Below, in pieces: positions 25,453 through 35,459 of a stretch of 64,000 nt of DNA (the stretch's first letter is position 1; each line of letters opens with the position of its first letter). The notes below the pieces were generated by a model that searched no databases, was not told the DNA's origin, and saw only the letters and a list, made by a program, of their open reading frames with translations. This stretch comes from Vicugna vicugna. Taxonomy: Eukaryota. Where the stretch lies: positions 2,135,111 to 2,199,110 of the forward strand of contig MU058824.1 in the NCBI GenBank assembly GCA_013265495.1, read 5' to 3'. The position numbers were made by a program, and so were the translations under genes.

Positions 25453-26342
25453 ACCTTCTTAAATGTGCCAGAGTGTGTTGTTACTTCTGTCCAGAGTTGC
25501 CCACTGCATGGTTGTCCTCAAAATGCTCCATCTCAGCTCTACCATCAAGACCCCTGTGCCCAGTCCCCACGATGGGACACCATTCTTTCTTTTGAGCACC
25601 ACTGCAGGGAAAATACACACTTTGCTCAAGGTTGAATAGTTATATGAAGCTTTGATGAAAGTGTGGGTAAAAGGAAAGTGTTACACGGGAAGGGGAATTT
25701 TTGAAGATGCTCATATTAAATATAATTTTCTCATAGTGTAAGAAACCCTGCACAAGGCTGCTCATGAGCATGCCATATTCCTAATGTCACTGCTTGGCCC
25801 TGAGGTCTGGACCTCCATGAGAGAGTGACATGATCCATTCATGTTTAAGCCCTGTCACACACTGGCTGCTGTTGGGGGAATGACTGCGGAGAGCGGTGGA
25901 GGGAGCAGGGAGCCCTGTTAGGAGGGCTCATTACCATGAATAATGGGATCTAGGAGAGAGATGATAGAAGCTCCTGCTGGCTTGATGGCCTGGGAGGTGC
26001 AAGATAGGGGTCAGTGGTTCCTGGAGAGGTAATGGTCAGAGCAGATTCACGGTGACAGGAACACATAGAAGTGTCTGGGGACAGCGAGTGGTGTGTTGGC
26101 TGGAGCTTAGAGGTTCGGGAAGGGCAGCTATGGGAGATGAAGCTGGGAAGAGGGTTGGCACAGGACTCTTGGAGTTTGGGCTTTCTGCTGCAGACAGGAG
26201 GGAGCCTTCTTCCACAGGACTGGGGCTCAGCTTCAGGAAGTGAGTCTGGCAGTGGGGGCAGGATGGAGGGAGGATGCATGAGCACCCATGAGGAGGTCCT
26301 GGCTGGCTGCTGGGGACTGATAGCAGAGGTGAGAGTTAGGCT

Positions 26343-27746
26343 CTATGAGGCTGTGGTTCCCACACTTTATCTCTGATTGCTGAGTGCCTCCATGCCTGAA
26401 AAACCATGGCTGGGGCTCTGCTCAGCCCTCACTCCTAGGAGAAGCCGCTCCAGGTTCTCAGATAGTGAGATAAGCTGGTGCTCTGCACCAGGGCTGAGAT
26501 CCACCCTGATTCCAGCTCCCAATCCCTTCCTCACCCTGGGAGGGTCTGACAGTTGATCCCCAGGGCCTCCCTGACTACATACTTCTGCACCCAGTTAACC
26601 CTTCTGGGCTGAGCTGGAAATCTGAGCCTCAGCTCTCAGAAGAGAGGTTGTGGGATTGGCAGAGGGGCACAGGGAGCTCCACAGGGAGCAGTCATCCTCT
26701 TCACTCCAGGAGCTCGGCAAAGGCTGGCTTTGGCCTTAGCCCAGAGAGAATGCTAGAAAGAAGGCAGGGACAGAGTGAGACCAGTAACCAAACCCATTCA
26801 GGACCTCCTATCCCCATCCCCACCCCACCTATCTGCCATGCTTTTTCTTTAGTTCACTGCTCAGTTTGGGCTGAGCACTAGTCATGTTGCTTTCCCTCTG
26901 GGTAATTCTAAGCTATTTATTTAGCTGATCCCAGGCTCAGTTTACCCATCCATACAATGGAGGCCCCCAAGCTGCACTCCACCCCTAACCCCCAACCCCC
27001 GCCCTCCCCCCCCCCCCCCCCCCCATCTCATTACCTCCCTTTTACTATGAGGCTGTGGTTCCCACACTTTATCTCTGATTGCTGAGTGCCTCCATGCCTG
27101 AAAAACCATGGCTGGGGCTCTGCTCAGCCCTCACTCCTAGGAGAAGCCGCTCCAGGTTCTCAGATAGTGAGATAAGCTGGTGCTCTGCACCAGGGCTGAG
27201 ATCCACCCTGATTCCAGCTCCCAATCCCTTCCTCACCCTGGGAGGGTCTGACAGTTGATCCCCAGGGCCTCCCTGACTACATACTTCTGCACCCAGTTAA
27301 CCCTTCTGGGCTGAGCTGGAAATCTGAGCCTCAGCTCTCAGAAGAGAGGTTGTGGGATTGGCAGAGGGGCACAGGGAGCTCCACAGGGAGCAGTCATCCT
27401 CTTCACTCCAGGAGCTCGGCAAAGGCTGGCTTTGGCCTTAGCCCAGAGAGAATGCTAGAAAGAAGGCAGGGACAGAGTGAGACCAGTAACCAAACCCATT
27501 CAGGACCTCCTATCCCCATCCCCACCCCACCTATCTGCCATGCTTTTTCTTTAGTTCACTGCTCAGTTTGGGCTGAGCACTAGTCATGTTGCTTTCCCTC
27601 TGGGTAATTCTAAGCTATTTATTTAGCTGATCCCAGGCTCAGTTTACCCATCCATACAATGGAGGCCCCCAAGCTGCACTCCACCCCTAACCCTCAACCC
27701 CCGCCTTCACCCCCCGCCCCGCCCCAATCTGATTACTTCCATTTCC
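26343..27746. repeat. 702-bp direct tandem duplication (26343-27044 / 27045-27746)
   Basis: The copies look identical up to the C-rich end; identical ORF translations at 26648 and 27350 (offset 702). Confidence 0.95.
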
Positions 27747-28764
27747 ACATTGCCTTTTATGAAGAAGATGATCAGTGGCAGTCTCCCTTGGGTTCTAGTC
27801 TGGCTTGGACACTTATAGCTGTGAGAGCTTGGGTAAGTCACGTGTCCCTTCAGCTCTATAGAAGCTCTGTACACTCTCACGGTATTCCTTTTCATTTCTG
27901 TTATTGAAAACGCATGTGAGCTCTGAGTTGAGAATCCTGGTTCTCCCAGTGAGTTGCCGTGTGATCCTGGGAAGAGAGGCCAGTTTGGGCTCTGCCCCCA
28001 TTCTTCATGGTACATGGCCCTTGTCTGAACCCCTTTTCATGAGGGACATTTTCTTCCCCAGTTCTCCTGCCAGCCAACCCCACCCAGGAGTCAGCACTTC
28101 TCAGGAGCAGAATGAGCACAGAAACCAAATTCTCCAGAAAGGTGTGTGTGTATGGGGCAGGTGAGGATTCATTAGGGTGCCCTGGATCTCGGGCTGTCTA
28201 AGTGGCACACAAAATGCTCTACTATAGGATCCCTCAGCCCAGAGGGACACAGAAATGGGGCCTCTTCATGCTGACTGTTGTGTTCTGAGAAGAGAGCTTC
28301 ATTTTCCTCCTAAATCACCAACTAGCCCAGACTTGGGCTTGGAGCCACCACGTTTAATTCATACTTGGGCAAATGACTGCTTCTTAGGGAAGGTACAGTG
28401 ACTAGAACCCAAGGTCCCCAAAGTGGCTCAGCAGGGAGTCAGGAGCCTGGGTTCCTGCCCTGGCTCTGACCCCCCCAGCTTTCAAGATGATTTCTGATAC
28501 ACTCTGGTTGAATGTCACTGTCACAGTCACCTGTAAGACTGGCAACATGAGGTAAGATACATTCTAAGAGCTAGGATTCCAAGACTCTAAATTACACCCA
28601 AGGGAGGAGGTGAAGGGCTCCACTCTGGCCCTCTCTTCTCTCTGCAGCCATCTCTGGTTGGGGTTCTTGCTCAGAAACAGGAGGCTACTGGAAGTTGTTC
28701 TGGGGTCTCTGATCTCAAAAGCATAACACATTTTTTCCCCATTTCTCTAAAGCCCTGCCTCTCT

Positions 28765-28910
28765 GTTTAGGGCATATGAACTGCTGGAGGGTCTTGCTGA
28801 AATGCAGGTACCCAGTAGATCTGGGTAGGATCTGAGATTCTGCATTTCTAGCAAGCTCTCAGGGATGCCCATACAGCTAGTCTGTGCCCCACAGACTTAG
28901 AGCTGCAAGG
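28765..28910. mobile_element. MER5-like hAT remnant
   Basis: ctgagattctgcatttctagcaagctctcagggatgcc. Confidence 0.6.
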
Positions 28911-29619
28911 CCTGAGGGCCTCAGGCTTTTGAGTAAAACAGCAGGGAGGGCAAGCCTCCGCTGTCAGCCCTTGGAGAAGTGCATTCTGGATTTGAATGAC
29001 CAAAAAAAGAGGAGTTCAAGAATGTGAGGGTGAAAGGGGACCTGCCACCTAGCTTTGTAGATAGTGAAACTGAGGCCTACCCAGTGCAGGAAGGAGCTTG
29101 TTCAAGATTTCACAGTGTTTCACTGACAAAGTTGAGACTCAGGCCTCTCGCTTAAGAAAAACAAAAATAAACAAAAACGAAAACTAGAAAAGATACTCAC
29201 TGAGGTGTTTGCTGTGCTTTCCCTGGGTGAACTATGGGTTCCTTTGATTCTAAGTGTTTTTTTTTTTTACAATGAACATGTACCAATTTTGTAATTAGAA
29301 AAAATTAATTTTAATAAAAGAAAATTCTTACAAACTTATTAGTAAATGAGATTATGTTCATGAACGTGCTAGATAAACCGTAGTTACATACAGCAGCTTC
29401 GCGTCATGGGTGTGTAATTCAGCCCAAATCCTCTCGAGTTCATTTCAGCGAGGTTTCCCTTACTCTTTCTGGCAGGAATCACCGAGATGAGGAGTAAGAC
29501 CAGTGCCATCAGCGTCCTCAACCACCGCAAGCAGCCTCCTACTCCTTCTTCCCCTCTGCTCTCTGAGCTCCTCCCGCAAAACTCTGGCTGCAGGAATCTT
29601 TCCCCTTAAATTGGGAAAG

Positions 29620-29795
29620 AAGTTTCTTTAATCCGTTTTCGTAGTAAACGACCTCGAGCCAAGTCTGCTTTTGTTGCTGGTTTCCTAAGCTTAATTGCAA
29701 GCAAAGTTAATTTGAAAGAAAATAAATGTTACAGCTCTGGGGCGAATTCTAATGAGCCTTGGGCAATTAGGGAAGAACTCATCTAATTACCCACA
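29620..29795. promoter_or_regulatory. Candidate homeodomain-rich enhancer 3' of FOXE1
   Basis: TAATCC, TTAATTG, GTTAATT, CTAATG, CAATTAG and CTAATTA plus forkhead-like GTAAAC/ATAAAT within ~170 bp, next to a CpG island. Confidence 0.45.
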
Positions 29796-30380
29796 GCCCG
29801 GGGGTCGCCTGCACACGATGCTGGGGATCCGGGGCCCAGAGAGGGGCAAACGACTTTTCTGGTTTCGTAATAGGAAGAAGAGAAGAGGAAACGCACCTCC
29901 CGTCTCTGAGCACCTAGACAGAGAACCGGGGAGGTCCGGTTTCACGGTTTGAGGATTTGGAGAGTTGTCCAGAGACGCAGCAGGCAATGTTCTCAAGGTC
30001 CTAGAGTCACGCGGATCAGAGGGTCGGCCCGACCCCTCTGTGGTAGAAGTGCGAGCGGTGCTCACTCGCCTGCGCCGCGTCCATCCTGGCCAGGCCCGGG
30101 TGGCGAGCGAGCTTTGTGTGTCGCCGGCCCGCAGGAGGCCGAGAAGGGCTGACGCTCTGTCTTCAATGCCTCCAGGGTCTCGCCGTCTCTGCCGGCTCCC
30201 GCTATACACACCCAGTTCCCGCCTCGCAGCGTCTCCTCTCTCAGCGAACAGACTCTCGCTTTTGGCGCGATCTCACCAGTTGTCCTCGTTGACAAGGCAA
30301 ATTGGGGGCGAAGACGCGTGCACTTTTCCTCCCCATCTTTCTCGTCCCCGGCTTTACCGCCACTCTCCAGGAGGCTTCGG
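29790..30380. promoter_or_regulatory. CpG island downstream of FOXE1
   Basis: High GC with abundant CpG (cgcctgcgccgcg, gacgcgtg, ggcgcga) in non-repetitive sequence. Confidence 0.75.
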
Positions 30381-30957
30381 GATAAAGGTGGTGCTTTTTT
30401 AATGTTAAAGCCTTTCCTCTCTCATGTTCCCAGCGCTTTACAGTGTACAAAGCGTTTCTACCTCTCTTGATTCATTTAACTTCAGGAGGACTCTGTGAGG
30501 AAGGGGTCACAAATTCCCATTCTCAAATTAGGACATTAAAGAAGGGACTGGCTTAAGGTTAGTGGTGCTACCAAAGACCTCGACTTGGTAATTAAAACCC
30601 AGAGAAAGGGTCAACACCTGCACTAACGGGTGCATAGACAACTCTCCAGCCCCAGTCCCCTAGCTGGGTTTCAGGCGGCCAGGAAGGACAAAACCCCAGG
30701 GTGGAGGGGTTTCAATTTCCCGCTACAGCCAACAGCAAAGCACTCTGATTTCTGCCTGAGAGAACCAGAATCCTTTGAATTTCAACCTGCAAGGGTCCAA
30801 AAGAAGATGAGGGAGACGTAACATCTAGATTTTTCCAAGGTCACAAGGCTGGGCCTGATATCTGGACCCACTGGCAGTAGGGTGAGTGCTGCAGCTGCCC
30901 CTAGCCTCCAGATGGTCGTTTACCATTACCGAAGTCAGGAAGGACCAGTCTCTAGAC

Positions 30958-31270
30958 CAGTACTGTCCAATATAATAGCTATCAGCCACACACTGCTATT
31001 GAGCACTTGGCATGTGATTAGTCCAAATTGAGATAAGCTGTAAGTGTAAAGTATACTCCAGATTTTGAAGACTCAGTATGAAAAAAGTAAAATATCTCAA
31101 CACTTTTATACTGGTTATATGTTTAAATGATAGTCTGGATATATTGGGTTAAATACAATATATTATTAGTTAATCTCACCTGATTTCTTTTTATTTTATT
31201 AATGAGGCTACCGGAAAAAAAATTTAAATTACATAAACAGCTTGCATTATATTTCTGTTGGGCAGCACTG
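30958..31270. mobile_element. MER33-like hAT-Charlie DNA transposon
   Basis: Terminal inverted repeats cagtactgtccaata / tgttgggcagcactg; imperfect 8-bp TSD ctctagac / gtttagac. Confidence 0.85.
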
Positions 31271-31444
31271 GTTTAGACAAATACCTGTCTGGCCTGAATC
31301 ATATTCACATGTCTTTATGAACAGGATAGAGCAGTCCCCGAAATTAAAAATTACCAATGGTTTTCAGTCTTCTTTCTCACCCCCTCCACCCTTCCTTAGC
31401 AAAGAGGTTGCATTTCTCTTGCCAGAACTCAATTACTCAAGATT

Positions 31445-31450
31445 TTTATT
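31445..31450 (-). terminator. Candidate distal poly(A) signal of FOXE1
   Basis: AATAAA on the minus strand ~1.4 kb past the stop codon, ending a repeat-free 3'UTR-like segment. Confidence 0.6.
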
Positions 31451-32399
31451 AAAACAGTTCATCTGTACACTCAGGTTTATCTGAAAGCTGCACACTAAGC
31501 CTCTGAAATATTTAATGCTGGAAAATTTAGCCCCAGAATCAAAACTTACAAGATTTCTCAAAAGAAAGGTGTGATAGTGGTTGGATTTTTTCCCCAATTT
31601 TGGTCAGCTTGCTGCTTGAAACAAACAAATGGATACAAAACAAATTTAAACACCAGTTTCTTTCTAAAGCTTACTTAACTGACCACCCCAATTAGTTTTT
31701 CTCTTTTCTTTTTGCACAGAGGCTGCTAAGGTACCTCAGAGGGTGCCAGGGATGGAAGAGCCAGCCTGACATACTGAAAGCTGTCACCAACAGACTCCCC
31801 TGAGTCCTGTCGTCTCTTTGAATTTTAGTTCACCCATTGGGTCTGGGGCTGTTGATGAAAAGAAAGAGCGGGCAATGGACAAATGTATTCCTATATGCCT
31901 CATTGGAAAACTGCATTTGTGAACCAGCAGTAACAGCTGCCGAATGATCAGCACATCATGCTCAAAAGAGTCAAGAAATTACGATATAACCGGTGTTTGG
32001 AGCTAATCCAGAGACTTTTAAGTTAGATGTTTGCCATAAGCTCTGTTCTCATTCCCTGGAATACGATTAGGCCCTGGGTGACCCACCCATGCTGCCAAAT
32101 ATGCAGGGTAGCAACAATGATGATGGGCACTTAAAGATCATATGCGGGACCATCGAATTCTGCAGCTCTCTGGTATAACAGATGGGGAAACTGGGGGTGT
32201 GAGTGATGGGAGTGGGTGACATTGTGGAGCTGGGGTACAGTCCAGACTCGGAGCCAGGTCTGCGGTTCTCAGAGGCAGGGAAAACCAGCCCCTGGTCAAG
32301 CGAAGCATAGAGATTTCTTTTTTCCCATTAAAAAAACCCAGGTACTTGTTTTGCAAATTTGTCCTCCTCACCTTAAGTAGGAAGGCGCTATTGGAGTCT

Positions 32400-32405
32400 T
32401 TTATT
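32400..32405 (-). terminator. Candidate proximal poly(A) signal of FOXE1
   Basis: AATAAA on the minus strand ~440 nt past the stop codon. Confidence 0.35.
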
Positions 32406-32845
32406 GTCGTAAGTAGTCAAAGGCACAAGAGTCCAAACTGTGTGAAAGGACCCGAATTTCCTGAAGTACAGGGAAGAGTGAAGTCATGTTATTCCCCACA
32501 ATTCGGAGACCCCAGACTCTGATGTAGACACTACATAGCGCCCGCTTTATAGCCAAGGACCCTTCCTAATAGAATGTCAGAAAGGCACGTCCTTTGGAGC
32601 TTCGCCTCAGTGAGGGTCCACTGTCCCAGTCTGTGGGCCGCGGATGCCTCTCGTCAACTCTTCCCATTTTCAAAGCGTACCAGTGTGTACACGGTGCACG
32701 AGGAGGCTGCGCCTGTCCTGGCGGCTCGGTCCCTCCCTTGTGGCTTTCAATTCGGTCCTCTCTTTAGTCCCGTCCTCAGGTTTCGCGGATACTTAGTTCA
32801 TAAGGACAGTCGAGGTATCTATGAATTTTCGCCCTTATGCTCGGC

Positions 32846-33429
32846 TCACATGGCGGACACGAACCGATCTACTCCGCCAGGATAGGCGGCCGCATGGCGA
32901 GCATGGTAGGTACCTCCACTGCCCGCTCCGAGCTGCCCACCAGGATTGTAGCAGGGCCCCAGCGCTCCGAACTGGCCAGGCGATGTGCGTCCATAGAAGT
33001 CCACTGCGGGCTCGACGCCGCCACTGCTGCCACCCGTTGGGGGAGAGGCGGGCCCGGCCAACCGGCCAGCCGCTGCGAAGAGGGCGCTGCCCGCCCCTTG
33101 CGGGTACGCGCCGTCAGGGCTGGAGTAGGCAGCCGCATAGGCGGAGGGGTTGGCAGGTCGGGCGCCTGCGCAGCCGGCGGGCTGATAGCCGGTGGTCGTG
33201 GCAGAGGCGCCGGTCGAAGCAAAGGCGCAGGAACCCGCTGGCCCTGACGGAGCGGGGCCTAGTTCTGGGCTGAGTGACCGCTCTGGCACCAGGCCGAAGA
33301 CACGGCACGGGCCTGGCGACGCAGCGGGGTAGTAGACCGGGGGCGCCGCAGCGAGCGATGGCGGGGCGTAGCCTGCATAGACGGCGCCCGGGTAAGGCGG
33401 TCGCGCAGCGGGCACCGCGCCCGGGAAGA

Positions 33430-33469
<40 letters not shown>

Positions 33470-33967
33470 AGCGGCCGCGTCTTGCATGTAAGCGGGGTAA
33501 GTGGAGAGGTCGGAGCGCTTGAAGCGCTTTCGGCGGCGCAGGAAGCTGCCGCTCTCGAACATGTCCTCGGCATTGGGGTCGAGTGCCCAGTAGTTGCCCT
33601 TGCCCGGTCGGCCGGCCTCGCGCGGGATCTTGAGGAAGCAGTCGTTGAGCGTGAGATTGTGGCGGATGCTGTTCTGCCACTTTTTGGGGTTGTCACGGTA
33701 GAAGGGGAAACGCTCGGTGATAAACTTGTAGATGCCGCCCAGCGTGAGGCGGCGCTCCGGCGCGTGCGCGATGGCCATGGCAATGAGCGCAATGTAGCTG
33801 TAGGGCGGCTTTCCGCGCTGCAGGGGGCGCTTCCGTCTCCGCCCGCCCGCGCCGCGACCCGCAGTCTCCGCCGGGACCCCGGGACCTGCCTCACCGCGCT
33901 CCTCCTTCACGGCCGCCAGCGCCTCCGGCTGCGGCGGCGGCGGTGGCGGCCCGCTCTCGGCCGTCAT
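32846..33967 (-). CDS. FOXE1: Forkhead box protein E1 (thyroid transcription factor 2), single exon, 373 aa
   Basis: Intact ORF starting [10 protein letters not shown], forkhead domain [60 protein letters not shown]...RRRKRFKR, polyalanine tract, C-terminus [12 protein letters not shown]; gccATG start context. Confidence 0.99.
33431..33478 (-). repeat. Polyalanine-coding trinucleotide tract (16 Ala: GCG GCC GCT then 13 x GCC)
   Basis: Read directly from the sequence. Confidence 0.97.
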
Positions 33968-34669
33968 GGCGCAGCCGTCGCGTGTCCCCGCTGCCCGCTG
34001 CTGTCCAGGTGCGGGGGCGAGCCTGGGAGCTGCTGGGCTTGGGACGGAGGATCACCAGAACGGACCGTGGGCCCGTCTGCGGAGAGCTTAGCGGGTCCTC
34101 GCAACTGGCACCGGGAGCACAGCTTCCCTCCCAGGGGCGCTCTGGAGGCTTGGCGCCCGCGGTTTCCGGGCTGGCTCAGTGCAGACACAGGCTCAGGAGT
34201 ATCCCGCTCACCGACGGCTCTGCTCGTGTTCTGGAGCTCGAGGCCAGGCGCCGACAGCGACGTGACGTTTGAACCGGGACTAGGCTCCCGTCGCGGGCCG
34301 AAGGGTCTTTTGCGCACGATTGCCAAGTGGTCAAGGGGCCCGGAATTGATCCTGGAGCTGGGGCGCTTGCAGCTGGTCTGGGCTTCCAGCTGATCTGAGG
34401 ATAACCGTCGAAGCCGTGCGCGCAGAGGAGGCTGCGGGCCCCAAGGCCTGAACCGAGGGCAGTTACTGCAGCTGTGGGGGCATTCTGGTGGAGGCTGCCC
34501 AGGCTGCGCCCCTGCGGCTGGGGCTGTGAAAGGCGCAGAGGGCAAGGAGGCGAGACGCCAGCTGCGAGGTCGCGGCGCGGGCCAGGCGGGACGGCTGGCG
34601 ACTGTTCCTCTCCTCGGCGTTGGCCCCCAGCCGCCAGGACCGCTGGCGAGGTGCTCCCCTGCACATACC

Positions 34670-34770
34670 AGGACCGGCTCCTCCCTCTGCAGGCTTCTCC
34701 TCCTTAAAGGCACCAGGAAGCTTGGGGCGGGGCCAGGTCCCCTCCCACCCCCCGACTGCCCGCCCCCAGG
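34670..34770 (-). promoter_or_regulatory. Putative FOXE1 core promoter
   Basis: TATA-like TTTAAG on the minus strand (34703-34708) with a GC box GGGGCGGGG (34724-34732) and further GC boxes just upstream; implies a TSS near 34675 and a ~700-nt leader. The TSS is inferred. Confidence 0.5.
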
Positions 34771-35059
34771 GCCCTGGCGCACCTCCCCAGGTAGGAGCAG
34801 CTGTGGAGGCGAGGCGGGAGCACCACACCGTCCGAGCGTGGAGGGCGCTTGGAGATCTCTCGGGTAGGTCGTCTCTGCGCACCGACGGGGAGACTGAGGT
34901 CGGGAGAGGCCAGGGACTGTCTCTGGAGACCGTGGCGCTCGAACTCAGCGCTTCTGGACTTTACCAGTCTCTACAGAAGGCTAGGACCCTCAGGTGAAAG
35001 GAGGGGCTCACTTCACTTTTTTGGTCCGAGAGGGTGATAATTGGCTGAGGGAGAGCTCG

Positions 35060-35175
35060 GTTCTTGAGGGCGGGGGACGAGGAGGGGAGAAGATGTTCCA
35101 GGTGACTGACGCCCAGAGTCTTTCGAGAATGATTTTCAAACCTAAAGGCAGATCTTCCCTGGCCAATCCCCATCC
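35060..35175. promoter_or_regulatory. GC box, CRE half-site and CCAAT box cluster (upstream or divergent promoter)
   Basis: GGGCGGGG at 35068-35075, TGACTGACG at ~35103-35111, CCAAT at 35163-35167. Confidence 0.45.
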
Positions 35176-35412
35176 AGTCCTTCATCTTTCAGATGATTCC
35201 TAGGTCTGACAGAGGAGGTGGCTTGCCACGGCTCCACCGCGACTTCGCGGCTTAGCCAAGCCTCACACCAGCCTGCGTCTGTTAGGACTGCATTTCCCCG
35301 CCATGTGCCAAGGGCAGTTATTTTCCCTCTGTGGCTCCCAGGTTCCTCGACTGTACCGAGGTTTTGCATCTCAAGTGTCCTTCCATTGCTGATACTTAGG
35401 GAGAGGCTGCCC

Positions 35413-35459
35413 GTCCCGAGTTACTCAAAGACTCTAATCGTCTTTGAGTAACTCGGGAC
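35413..35459. repeat. Perfect inverted repeat, 20-bp arms with a 7-nt loop
   Basis: gtcccgagttactcaaagac-tctaatc-gtctttgagtaactcgggac. Confidence 0.97.
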
